Assembly: GCF_009914755.1 (NCBI RefSeq)
Contig: NC_060933.1
DNA from: the human T2T-CHM13v2.0 reference genome, Homo sapiens
Direction: 5' to 3' (one strand)
DNA length: 64,000 bases
A program made the translations under genes and the position numbers. Below, in pieces: positions 1 to 15,000 of this stretch. Within the stretch, counting starts at the first letter, position 1. Each line of letters starts with the position of its first letter. The notes beneath the pieces were generated by a model. The model was not told where the DNA came from and ran no database searches. It saw nothing but the letters and a program-made list of their open reading frames with translations.

Positions 1-3000
1 CCATTCCATTTAATTCCATTCCATTGCAATCGAGCTGATTCCATTCCATTCCATTCCATTCCATTCCATTCTATTCTATTCCATTCCATTCCATTCCATT
101 CTGGATGGTTCCATTCCATTGCATTCCATTCCATTAAATTCCCCTGTACTCGTGTTTATTCCATTCCATTCCATTTCATTCCATTCCATTCCATTACATT
201 CCATTCCATTCCATTCCATTCCGGATGATTCCATTCCATTGCATTCCATTCCATTCCGTTCCCCTGCTCTCGGGTTGATTCCATTCCATTCCATTCCATT
301 CCATTCCGTTCCATTCCGTTCCATTCCATTCTATTGGGGTTAATTCCATTCCATTAAATTCCATTACATTTCATTGCAATCAAGTTAATTCCATTCCATT
401 CCATTCCATTCCGAATGATTCCATTCCATTCCATTCCATTCCATTCCATTCCATTCCATTCCCCTGCACTTGGGTTGATTCCATTCCATTCCATTCCATT
501 CCATTCCGTTTCATTCCTTTCCATTCTATTCGGTTTAATTCCATTCCATTCCATTCCATTCCATTCCATTCCTTTCCATTCCATTTAATTCCATTCCGTT
601 GCAATCGAGCTGATTCCATTCCATTCCATTCCATTCTATTCCATTCCATTCCATTCCATTCCATTCTGGATGATTCCATTCCATTGCATTCCATTCCATT
701 AAATTCCCCTGCACTCGTGTTGATTCCATTCCATTCCATTCCATTCCATTCCATTCCATTCCGGATGATTCCATTCCATTGCATTCCATTCCACTCCGTT
801 CCCCTGCACTCAGGTTGATTCCATTACATTCCATTTAATTCCATTCCGTTCCATTCCATTCAATTCCATTCTATTGGGGTTAATTCCATTCCATTCCATT
901 CCATTACATTTCATTGCAATCGAGTTAATTCCATTCCATTCAATTCCGTTCCGGATAATTCCATTCCATTGCATTCCATTCCATTCCATTCCCCTCCACG
1001 CGAGTTGATTCCATTCCATTCCATTCCATTCCATTCCATTCCATTCCAGTCCTTTCCATTCCATTCCACCCGGGTTGATTCCATTCTATTAGTTTCCATT
1101 CAATTCCATTCCCTTCCATTCCAGTCTGCTTGATTCCATTCCTATCCATTCCACTCGAATACATTCCCTTCTATTCCACTCGGATTGATTCCATTCCATT
1201 CCATTCCATTCCATTCCATTCCATTCCATTCCACTCCATTCCATTGCACTCGGGTTGATTCAATTGCATTCCTTTCTGTTCCATTGCGTTCCGTTCCATT
1301 CAATTATATTCGGGTTAATTCCATTCCATTCCATTCCATTCTATTCCATTCCATTCCATTGCAATCGAGCTGATTGCATTCCATTCCATTAGATTCCATT
1401 CCATTCCATTCTGGATGATTCCATTCCATTGCATTCCATTCCATTCCATTCCCCTGCACTCGGGTTGATTCCATTCCATTCCATTCCATTCCAGTCCATT
1501 CCACTCCGTTCCATTCCATTCCATTCTATTCGGGATAATTCCATTCCATTCCATTCAATTCCATTCCATTCCATTGCAATCGAGTTGATTCCATTCCATT
1601 CCCTTCCATTCCATTCCAGTCCTTTCCATTCCATTCCACTCGGGTTGATTCCATTCTATTATTTTCCATTCCATTCCATTCCCTTCCATTCCACTCTGGT
1701 TGATTCCATTCCTTTCCATTCCACTCGAATACATTCCCTTCTATAACACTCGGATTGATACCATTCCATTCTATTCCATTACATTCCATTCCATGCCATT
1801 CCATTCCGTTCCATTCCATTCTATTCCGTACCATTCCATTCCATTCCATTCCATTCCATGCCATTCCACTCGGGTTGATTCCATTCGTTTCCATTCCATT
1901 CGGGTTGAATCCATTCCATTCCATTCCATTCCATTCCGTTGCACTAGGGTTGAATCCATTCCATTGCATTCCATTCCATTCCATTCCATTCCTTTCCATT
2001 CCATTCCATTACATTCGGAATGATTCTATTCAATTCCCTTACACTCCATTGCATTCCATTCCATTCGGGTTGTTTCCATTCCATTCCATTCCATTCCACT
2101 CCATTCTATTGAACTCGGGTTGATTCAATTGCATTCCATTCCATTCCATTCCATTCCATTCTATTCCATTCCGGATGATTCCATTCCATTGCATTCCATT
2201 CCATTCCATTCCCCTGCACTCGGGTTGATTCCATTCCATTCCATTCCATTCCATTCCGTTGCATTCCATTCCATTCTATTCGGGTTAATTCCATTCCATT
2301 CCATTCCATTCCATTCCATTCCATTCCATTCCATTCCATTCCATTCCATTCCATTTAATTCCATTCCATTGCAATTGAGTTGATTCCATTCCATTCCATT
2401 CCATTCCATTCCATTCCATTCCATTCCGGATGATTCCATTCCATTGCATTCCATTCCATTCCATTCCCCTGCACTCAGTTTGATTCCATTCCGTTCCATT
2501 CCGTTCCGTTCCATTCAATTATATTCGGGTTAATTCCATTCCATTCCATTCCATTCTATTCCATTCCATTCCATTGCAATCGAGCTGATTGCATTCCATT
2601 CCCCTGCATTCCATTCCCCTGCACTCGGGTTGATTCCATTCCAATCCATTCCATTCCATTCCATTCCATTCCATTCCATTTAATTCCATTCCATTGCAAT
2701 TGAGCTGATTCCATTCCATTCCATTCCATTCTATTCCATTCCATTCCATTCCATTCCATTCCATTCCATTCCATTCCATTCCATTCCATTGCACTAGGGT
2801 TTAATCCATTCCATTGCATTCCATTCCACTCCATTACATTCCATTCGGTTCCATTCCATTCCATTACATTCGGATTGATTCTATTCAATTCCCTTACACT
2901 CCATTGCATTCCATTCCATTCGGGTTGTTTCCATTCCATTCCATTCCATTCCACTCCATTCCATTGCACTCGGGTTGATTCAATTGCATTCCATTCCATT

Positions 3001-6000
3001 CCATTCCATTCCATTCCATTCCATTCCGGATGATTCCTTTCCATTGCATTCCATTCCATTCCATTCCCCTGCACTCGGGTTGATTCCAATCCATTCCATT
3101 CCGTCCCATTCCATTCAATTCTATTCGGGTTAATTTCATTCCATTCCATTCCATTCTGTTCCATTCCATTCCATTGCAATCGAGCTGATTCCATTCCATT
3201 CCATTCCATTCCATTCCATTCCATTCCGGATGATTCCATTCCATTGCATTCCATTCCATTCCATTCCCCTGAACTCGGGTTGATTCCATTCCATTCCACT
3301 CCATTCCATTCCGTTCCATTCCATTCCATTCCATTCTATTCGCGTTAATTCCATTCCATTCCATTCCATTCCATTCCATTCCATTCCGATGCACTAGGGT
3401 TGAATCCATTCCATTGCATTCCATTCCATTCCATTCCATTCCTTTCCATTCCATTCCATTACATTCGGATTGATTCTAATCAATTCCCTTACACTCCATT
3501 GCATTCCATTCCATTCGGGTTGTTTCCATTCCATTCCATTCCATTGCACTCCATTCCATTGCACTCGGGTTGATTCAATTGCATTCCATTCCATTCCATT
3601 GCACTCCATTCCATTGCACTCGGGTTGATTCAATTGCATTCCATTCCATTCCATTCCATTCCATTCCATTCCATTCCATTCCATTCCGGATGATTCCATT
3701 CCATCGCATTCCATTCCATTCTATTCCCTTGCACTCGGGTTGATTCCATTCCATTCCTCTCCATTCCATTCCGTTCCATTCCATTCCATTCTATTCGTGT
3801 TAATTCCATTCCATTCCATTCCATTCCATTCCATTCCATTCCATTTAATTCCATTCCATTGCAATCGAGCTGATTCCATTCCATTCCATTCCATTCCATT
3901 CCATTCCATTCCATTCCATTCCGGATGATTCCATTCCATTGCATTCCATTCCATTCCGTTCCCCTGCAATCGGGTTGATTCCATTACATTACATTCCATT
4001 CCATTCCGTTCCATTCCATTCCATTCCATTCTATTGGGGTTAATTCCAATCCATTCCATTCCATTACATTTTATTGCAATCGAATTAATTCCATTCCATT
4101 CCATTCCATTCCTGATGATTCCATTCCATTGCATTCCATTCCATTCCATTCCCCTGCACTCGGGTTTATTCCATTCCATTCCATTCCATTCCATTCCGTT
4201 ACATTCCATTCCATTCCATTCTATTCGGGTTAATTCCATTCCATTCCATTCCATTCCATTCCATTCCATTGCAATTGAGTTGATTCCATTCCATTCCATT
4301 CCATTCCATTCCATTCCAATTCTTTCCATTCCATTCCACTCGGGTTGATTCCATTCTATTAGTTTCCATTCCATTCCATTCCTTTCCAATCCACTCTGGT
4401 TGATTCCATTCCTTTCCTTTCCACTCGAATACATTCCCTTCTATTCCACTCGGAATTATTCCATTCCATTCCATTCCTTTCCATTCCATTCCAGTCCATT
4501 CCATTCCATTCCATTCCATTCCACTGGTGTTGATTCCATTCCTTTCCATTCCATTCGGGTTGAATTCATTCCATTCCATTCCATTCCATTCCATTCCTTT
4601 CCATTCCACTCCATTCCATTATATTTGGATTGATTCTATTCAGTTCCCTTACACTCCATTACATTCCATTCCGTTCGGGTAGTTTCCAGTCCATTCTATT
4701 CCATTCCACTCCATTCCATTGCACTTGGGTTGATTCCATTCCATTCCATTCCATTCCATTCCATTCCGTTCCATTCCTTTCCGTATGATTCCATTCCATT
4801 GCATTCCTTTCCATTCCATTCCCCTGCACTCGGGTTGATTCCATTCCATTCCATTCCATTCCATTCCATTCCGTTCCATTCCATTCCATTCCATTCTATT
4901 CGGGTTAATTCCATTCCATTCCATTCCATTCCATTCCATTGCAAACTAGTTGATACCATTCCATTCCGTTCAATTCCATTCCATTCCATTCCAGTCCTTT
5001 ACATTCCATTCCACTCGGGTTGATTCCATTCTATTTGTTTCCACTCCATTCCATTCCCTTCTATTCCACTTTGGTTGATTCCATTCCTTTCCATTCCACT
5101 CGAATACATTCCCTTTTATTCCACTCGGAATGATTCCATTCCATTCCATTAAATTCCATTCAATTCCATTCCATTCCATTCCCTTCCATTCCATTCTATT
5201 CCATTCCATTCCATGCCATTCAGCTCTGGTCGATTCCATTCCTTTCCATTTTATTCGCGTTGAATCCATTCCATTCCATTCCATTCCGTTCCATTCCATT
5301 CCATTCCATTCCATGCCATTGCACTAGGGTTGAATCCATTCCATTGCATTCAATTGCATTCCATTCCATTCCATTGCGTTCCATTCCATTCCATTACATT
5401 CGGAATGATTCTATTCAATTCCCTTACACTCCATTGCATTCCATTCCATTCGCGTTGTTTCCATATCATTCCATACCATTCCACTCCATTCCATTGCATT
5501 CGGGTTGATCCAATTGCATTGCATTCCATTCCATTCCATTCCATTCCATTCCGGATGATTCTATTCCATTGCATTCCATTCCATTCCACTCCTCTGCACT
5601 CGGGTTAATTCCATTCCATTCCATTCCGTTCCATTCCATTCAATTCTATTCGGGTTAATTCCATTCCATTCCATTCCATTCTATTCCATTCCATTCCATT
5701 GCAATCGAGCTGATTCCATTCCACTCCATTCCATTCCATTCCATTCCATTCCATTCCATTCCATTCCATTCCGGATGATTCCATTCCATTGCATTCCATT
5801 CCATTCCATTCGCTGCACTCGGGTTGATTCCATTCCATTCCATTCCATTCCATTCCGTTCCATTCCATTCCATTCCATTCTATTCGGGTTATTTCCATTC
5901 CATTCCATTCCATTCCATTCCATTCCATTCCATTGAAATCGTCTTGATTCCATTCCATTCCATTCCATTCCAGTCCTTTCCATTCCATTCCACTCGGGTT

Positions 6001-9000
6001 GATTCCATTCCTTTCCATTCCACTCGAATACATTCCCTTCTATTCCACTAGTAATGATTCCATTCCATTCCATTGCATTCCATTCCTTTCCATTCCATTC
6101 CACTCCATTCCATTGCACTCCGGTTGATTCAATTGCATTCTATTCCATTCCAATCCATTCCATTACATTCCGGATGATTCCTTTCCATTGCATTCCATTC
6201 CATTCCATTCCCCTGCACTCGGGTTGATTCCATTCCATTCCATTCCGTTCCAATCCATTCAATTCTATTCGGGATAATTCCATTCCATTCCATTCCATTC
6301 TGTTCCATTCCATTCCATTGCAATCGAGCTGATTCCATTTCATTCCATTCCATTCCATTCCATTCAATTCCATTCCGGATGATTCAATTCCATTGCATTC
6401 CATTCCATTCCATTCCCCTGCACTCGGGTTGATTCCATTCCATTCCACTCCATTCCATTCCGTTCCATTCCATTCCATTCCATTCGATTCGGGTTAATTC
6501 CATTCCATTCCATTCCATTCCATTCCATTCCATTCCATTGCAATTGAGTTGATTCCATTCCATTCCATTCCATTCCATTCCAGTCCTTTCCATTCCTTTC
6601 CACTCGGGTTGATTCCATTCTATTAGATTCCATTCCATTCCATTCCCTTCCATTCCACTCTGGTTCATTCCATTCCTTTCCATTCCACTCGAATACATTC
6701 CCTTCTATTCCCCTCGGATTGATACCATTCCATTCCATTCCATTCCATTCCATTCCATTCCTTTCCATTCCATTCCATTCCGTTCCATTCCATTCTATTC
6801 CGTACCATTCCATTCCATTCCATTCCATTCCATGCCATTCCACTCGGGTTGATTCCATTCCTTTCCATTCCATTCGGGTTGAATCCATTCCATTCCATTC
6901 CATTCCATTCCGTTGCATTAGGGTTGAATCCATTCCATTGCATTCCATTGCATTCCATTCCATTGCTTTCCATTCCATTCCATTACATGCGGGTTGATTC
7001 TATTCAATTCCCTTACACTCCATTGCATTCCATTCCATTCGGGTTGTTTCCATTCCATTCCATTCCATTGCACTCCATTCCATTGCACTCGGGTTGATTC
7101 AATTGCATTCCATTCCATTCCATTCCATTCCATTCCATTCCATTCTGGATGATTCCATTCCATTGCATTCCATTCCATTCTATTCCCCTGCACTCGGGTT
7201 GATTGCATTCCATTCCATTCCATTCCATTCCGTTCCATTCCATTGCATTCTATTCGGGTTAATTCCATTCCATTCCATTCTATTCCATTCCATTCCATTC
7301 CATTCCATTTAATTCCATTCCATTGCAATCGAGCTGATTCCATTCCATTCCATTCCATTCTATTCCATTCCATTCCATTCCATTCTGGATGATTCCATTC
7401 CATTGCATACCATTCCATTGCATTCCATTCCATTAAATTCCCCTGCACTCGTGTTTATTCCATTCCATTCCATTCCATTCCATTCCATTCCATTCCATTC
7501 CATTCCATTCCGGATGATTCCATTCCATTGCATTCCATTCCATTCAGTTCCCCTGCAATCGCGTTGATTCCATTCCATTCCATTACATTCTATTCCGTTC
7601 CATTCCATTCCATTCCATTCTATTGGGGTTAATTACAATCCATTCCATTCCATTACATTTTATTGCAATGGAGTTAATTCCATTCCATTCCATTCCATTC
7701 CGGATGATTGCATTCCATTGCATTCCATTCCATTCCATTCCCCTGCACTCGGGTTGATTCCATTCCATTCCATTCCATTCCATTCCGTTCCATTCCATTC
7801 CATTCCATTCTATTCGGGTTAATTCCATTCCATTCCATTCCATTCCATTCCATTCCATTCCATTCCATTCCATTCCATTTAATTCCATTCCATTGCAATC
7901 GAGCTGATTCCATTCCATTCCATTCCATTCCATTCCATTCCATTCCATTCCGGCTGATTCCATTCCATTGCATTCCATTCCATTCCATTCCCCTGCACTC
8001 GGGTTGATTCCACTCCATTCCATTCCATTCCATTACTTTCCATTCCATTCCATTTCATTCTATTCGGGTTAATTCCATTCCATTCCATTCCATTACATTC
8101 CATTCCATTGAAATCGACTTGATTCCATTCCATTCCATTCCATTCCAGTCCTTTCCATTCCATTCCACTCGGGTTGATTCCATTCTATTAGTTTCCATTG
8201 CATTCCATTCCCTTCCATTCCAATTTGTTTGATTCCATTCTTTTGCATTCCACTCGAATACATTCCCTTTTATTCCACTCGGAATGATTCCATTCCAATC
8301 CATTAAATTCCATTCCATTCCATTCCATTCCATTCCATTCCATTCCATTCCATTCTATTCCATTCCATTCCATTCCATTCCATTCCATTCCATTCCATTT
8401 AATTCCATTCCATTGCAATCGAGCTGATTCCATTCCATTCCATTCCATTCTATTCCATTCCATTCCATTCCATTCTGGATGATTCCATTCCATTGCATTC
8501 CATTCCATTAAATTCCCCTGCACTCGTCTTGATTCCATTCCATTCCATTCCATTCCATTCCATTCCATTACATTACATTCCATTCCGGATGATTCCATTC
8601 CATTGCATTCCATTCCATTCCGTTCCCCGGCTTTCGGGTTGATTCCATTCCATTCCATTCCATTCCATTCCGTTCCATTCCATTCCATTCCATTCTATTG
8701 GGTTTAATTCCATTCCATTCCATTCCATTACATTTCATTGCAATCGAGTTAATTCCATTCCATTCCATTCCATTCCATTCCGGATGATTCCATTCCATTG
8801 CATTCCATTCCATTCCATTCCCCTGCACTCGGGTTGATTCCATTCCATTCCTTTACATTCCATTCCAGTCCTTTCCATTCCATTCCACTCGGGTTGATTC
8901 CATTCTATTAGTTTCCATTCCATTCCATTCCCTTCCATTCCACTCTGGTAGATTCCATTCCTTTCCATTCCACTCGAATATATTACCTTCTATTCCACTC

Positions 9001-12000
9001 GGATTGATTCCATTCCATTCCATTCCATTCCATTCCATTCCATCCCATTCCATTCCATTCCGTTCCTTTCCATTCTATTCAGTACCATTCCATTCCATTC
9101 CATTCCATGCCATGCCTTTCCACTCGGGTTGATTCCATTCCTTTCCATTCCATTCGGGTTGAATCCATTCCATTCCATTCCATTCCATTCCGTGGCACTA
9201 GGGTTGAATCCATTCCATTGCATTCCATTCCATTCCATTCCATTCCTTTTCATTCCATTCCTTTATATTCGGATTGATTCTATTCAATTCCCCTACACTC
9301 CATTGCATTCCATTCCATTCGGGTTGTTTCCATTCCATTCCATTCCATTCCACTCCATTCCATTGTACTCGGGTTGATTCAATTGCATTCCATTCCATTC
9401 CATTCCATTCCATTCCATTCCGGATGATTCCATTCCATTGCATTCCATTCCATTCCATTCCCCTGCACTCGGTTTGATTCCATTCCATTCCATTCCATTC
9501 CATTCCATTCCGTTCCGTTCCATTCCATTGCATTCTATTCGGGTTAATTCCATTCCATTCCATTGCATTCCATTCCATTCCATTCCATTGCATTCCATTC
9601 CATTTAATTCCATTCCATTGCAATCGAGCTGATTCCATTCCATTCCATTCCATTCTATTCCATTCCATTCCATTCAATTCTGGATGATTCCATTCCATTG
9701 CATTCCATTCCATTAAATTCCCCTGCACTCGTGTTGATTCCATTCCATTCCATTCCATTCCATTCCATTCCATTCCATTCCGGTTGATTCCATTCCATTG
9801 CATTCCATTCCATTCCGTTCCCCTGCACTCAGGTTGATTCCATTACATTCCATTCCATTACATTCCGTTCCATTGCATTCCATTCCATTCTATTGGGGTT
9901 AATTCCATTCCATTCCATTCCATTACATTTCATTGCAATCGAGTTAATTCCATTCCATTCCATTCCATTCCGGATGATTCCATTCCATTGCATTCCATTC
10001 CTTTCCATTCCCCTGCACTCGGGTTGATTCCATTCCATTCCATTCCATTCCATTCCGTTCCATTCCATTGCATTCTATTCGGGTTAATTCTATTCCATTC
10101 CATTCCATTCCATTCCATTCCATTCCATTCCATTCCATTCCATTTAATTCCATTCCATTGCAATCGAGCTGATTCCATTCCATTCCATTCCATTCCATTC
10201 CATTCCATTCCATTCCCTTCCATTCCATTCCATTCCGTATGATTCCATTCCATTGCATTGCATTCCATTCCATTCCCCTGCACTCGGGTTGATTCCACTC
10301 CATTCCATTCCATTCCATTACTTTCCATTCCATTCCATTTCATTCTATTCGGGTTAATTCCATTCCATTCCATTCCATTACATTCCATTCCATTGAAATC
10401 GACTTGATTCCATTCCATTCCATTCCATTCCAGTCCTTTCCATTCCATTCCACTCGGGTTGATTCCATTCTATTAGTTTCCATTGCATTCCATTCCCTTC
10501 CTTTCCACTCTGATTGATTCCATTCCTTTCCATTCCACTCGAATACATTCCCTTCTATTCCACTAGTAATGATTCCATTCCATTCCATTGCATTCCATTC
10601 CATTCCATTCCATTCCACTCCATTCCATTGCACTCGGGTTGATTCAATTGCATTCTGTTCCATTCCATTCCATTCCATTCCATTCCGGATGATTCCTTTC
10701 CATTGCATTCCATTCCATTCCATTCCCCTGCACTCTGGTTGATTCCATTGCATTCCATTCCGTTCCATTCCATTCAATTCTATTCGGGTTAATTCCATTC
10801 CATTCCATTCCATTCTGTTCCATTCCATTCCATTGCAATCGAGCTGATTCCGTTTCATTCAATTCCATTCCATTCCATTCCATTCCATTCCGGATGATTC
10901 CATTCCATTGCATTCCATTCCATTCCATTCCCCTGCACTCGGGTTGATTCCATTCCATTCCACTCCATTCCATTCCGTTCCATTCCATTCCATTCCATTC
11001 CATTCGGGTTAATTCCATTCCATTCCATTCCATTCCATTCCATTCCATTCCATTCCATTCCATTCCATTGCAATTGAGTTGATTCCATTCCATTCCATTC
11101 CATTCCTTTCCAGTCCCTTCCATTCCTTTCCACTCGGGTTGATTCCATTCTATTAGATTCCATTCCATTCCATTCCCTTCCATTCCACTCTGGTTCATTC
11201 CATTCCTTTCCATTCCACTGGAATACATTCCCTTCTATTCCCCTCGGATTCATACCATTCCATTCCATTCCATTCCATTCCATTCCATTCCATTCCATTC
11301 CATTCCATTCCGTTCCATTCCATTCTATTCCGTACCATTCCATTCCATTCCATTCCATTCCATGCCATTCCACTCGGGTTGATTCCATTCCTTTCCATTC
11401 CACTCGGGTTGATTCCATTCCTTTCCATTCCATTCGGGTTGAATCCATTCCATTCCATTCCATTCCGTTGCACTAGGGTTGAATCCATTCCATTGCATTC
11501 CATTGCATTCCATTCCATTCCTGTCCATTCCATTCCATTACATTCGGATTGATTCTATTCAATTCCCTTACACTTCATTGCATTCCATTCCATTCGGGTT
11601 GTTTCCATTCCATTCCATTCCATTGCACTCCATTCCATTGCACTCGGGTTGAATGAATTGCATTCCATTCCATTCCATTCCATTCCATTCCATTCTGGAT
11701 GATTCCATTCCATTGCATTCCATTCCATTCTATTCCCCTGCACTCGGGTTGATTGCATTCCATTCCATTCCATTCCATTCCGTTCCATTCCATTCCATTC
11801 TATTCGGGTTAATTCCATTCCATTCCATTCCATTCCATTCCATTCCATTCCATTCCATTCCATTCCATTCCATTCCATTCCATTTAATTCCATTCCATTG
11901 CAATCGAGCTGATTCCATTCCATTCCATTCCATTCTATTCCATTCCATTCCATTCCATTCTGGATGATTCCATTCCATTGCATTCCATTCTATTAAATTC

Positions 12001-15000
12001 CCCTGCACTCGTGTTTATTCCATTCCATTCCAATCCATTCCATTCCATTCCATTCCATTCCATTCCATTCCGGATGATTCCATTCCATTGCATTCCATTC
12101 CATTCCGTTCCCCTGCAATCGGGTTGATTCCATTCCATTCCATTCCATTCCATTCCATTCCGTTCCATTCCATTCCATTCCATTCTATTGGGGTTAATTC
12201 CAATCCATTCCATTCCATTACATTTTATTACAATCGAGTTAATTCCATTCCATTACATTCCATTCCGGATGATTCCATTCCATTGCATTCCATTCCATTC
12301 CATTCCCCTGCACTCGGGTTGATTCCATTCCATTCCATTCCATTCCGTTCCATTCCATTCCATTCCATTTTATTCGGGTTAATTCCATTCCATTCCATTC
12401 CATTCCATTCCATTCCATTGCAATTGAGTTGCTTCCATTCCATTCCATTCCATTCCATTCGATTCCATTCCATTCCAGTTCTTTCCATTCCATTCCACTC
12501 GGGTTGATTCCATTCTATTAGTTTCCATTCCATTCCATTCCCTTCTATTCCACTCTGGTTGATTCCATTCCTTTCCTTTCCACTCGAATACATTCCCTTC
12601 TATTCCACTCAGAATGATTCCATTCCATTCCATTCCTTTCCATTCCATTCCAGTCCATTTCATTCCATTCCATTCCACTGGGGTTGATTCCATTCCTTTC
12701 CAATCCATTCGGGTTGAATCCATTCCATTCCATTCCATTCCATTCCATTCCATTCCATTCCACTCCATTCCATTACATTTGGATTGATTCTATTCAGTTC
12801 CCTTACACTCCATTACATTCCATTCCGTTCGGGTAGTTTCCATTCCATTCTATTCCATTACACTCCATTCCATTGCCCTTGGGTTGATTTCATTCCATTC
12901 CTTTCCGGATGTTTCCATTCCATTGCATTCCATTCCATTCCATTCCCCTGCACTCGGGTTGATTCCATTCCATCCCATTCCATTCCATTCCATTCCATTC
13001 CATTCCTTTCCGTTTCATTCCATTCCATTCCATTCTATTCGGGTTAATTCCATTCCATTCCATTCCATTCCATTCCATTGCAAACTAGTTGATACCATTC
13101 CATTCCGTTCAATTCCATTCCATTCCATTCCAGTCCTTTACATTCCATTCCACTCGGGTTGATTCCATTCTATTAGTTTCCATTCCATTCCATTCCCTTC
13201 CATTCCACTTTGGTTGATTCCATTCTTTTCCATTCCACTCGAATACATTCCCTTTTATTCCGCTCGGAATGATTCCATTCCATTCCATTAAATTCCATTC
13301 CATTCCATTCCATTCCATTCCGTTCCATTCCATTCCATTCCATTCCATTTAATTCCATTCCATTGCAATGGAGCTGATTCCATTCCATTCCATTCCATTC
13401 TATTCCATTCCATTCCATTCCATTCTGGATGATTCCATTCCATTGCATTCCATTCCATTAAATTCCCCTGCACTCGTCTTGATTCCATTCCATTCCATTC
13501 CATTCCATTCCATTCCATTCCATTCCATTCCGGATGATTCCATTCCATTGCATTCCATTCCATTCCGTTCCCCGGCACTCGGGTTGATTCCATTCCATTC
13601 CATTCCATTCCATTCCATTCTATTCGGGATAATTCCATTCCATTCCATTCAATTCCATTCCATTCCATTGCAATCGAGTTGATTCCATTCCATTCCCTTC
13701 CATTCCATTCCAGTCCTTTCCATTCCATTCCACTCGGGTTGATTCCATTCTATTATTTTCCATTCCATTCCATTCCCTTCCAATCCACTCTGGTTGATTC
13801 CATTCCTTTCCTTTCCACTCGAATACATTCCCTTCTATTCCACTCGGAATGATTCCATTCCATTCCATTCCTTTCCATTCCATTCCAGTCCATTCCATTC
13901 CATTCCATTCCACTGGGGTTGATTCCATTCCTTTCCAATCCATTCGGGTTGAATCCATTCCATTCCATTCCATTCCATTCCATTCCATTCCATTCCACTC
14001 CATTCCATTATATTTGGATTGATTCTATTCAGTTCCCTTACACTCCATTACATTCCATTCCGTTCGGGTAGTTTCCATTCCATTCTATTCCATTCCACTC
14101 CATTCCATTGCACTCGGGTTGATTCCATTCCATTCCATTCCATTCCATTCCATTCCATTCCATTCCATTCCATTCCATTCCATTCCGCATGATTTCATTC
14201 CATTGCATTCCATTCCATTCCATTCCCCTGCACTCGGGTTGATTCCATTCCATTCCATTCCATTCCATTCCGTTCCATTCCATACCATTGCATTCTATTC
14301 GGGTTAATTCCATTCCATTCCATTCCATTCGATTCCATTCCATTCCATTCCATTGCAATCGAGTTGATTCCATTCCATTCCATTCCATTCCATTCCATTC
14401 CATTACAGTCCTTTCCATTCCATTGCACTCAGGTTGATTCCATTCTATTAGTTTCCATTCCAATCCATTCCCTTCCATTCCACTCTGGTTGATTCCATTC
14501 CTTTCCATTCCACTCGAATACATTCCCTTCTATTCCACTCGGACTGATACCATTCCATTCCATTCCATTCCATTCCATTCCTTTCCGGATGATTCCATTC
14601 CATTGCATTCCATTCCATTCCATTCCCCTGCACTCGGGTTGATTCCATTCCATTCCATTCCATTCCATTCCTTTCCATTCCATTCCATTCCATTCTATTC
14701 GGGTTAATTCCATTCCATTCCATTCCATTCCATTCCATTCCATTGCAAACTAGTTGATACCATTCCATTCCATTCAATTCCATTCCATTCCATTCCAGTC
14801 CTTTCCATTCCATTCCACTCTGGTTGATTCCATTCTATTCCTTTCCATTCCATTCCATTACCTTCCATTCCACTCTGGTTGATTCCATTCCTTTCCATTC
14901 CACTCGAATACATTCCCTTCTACTCCACTCGGAATGATTCCATTCCATTCCATTAAATTCTATTCCATTCAATTCCATTCCGTTCCATTCCATTCTATTC

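Noticed and set aside
4941-4960. Short palindromes (ACTAGT, GAATTC, TCCGGA, CCCGGG, TTAA) as terminators or transposon ends
   Set aside because: They are only 4-6 bp, with no extended inverted repeat, target-site duplication or inserted sequence; they are point variants of module words.
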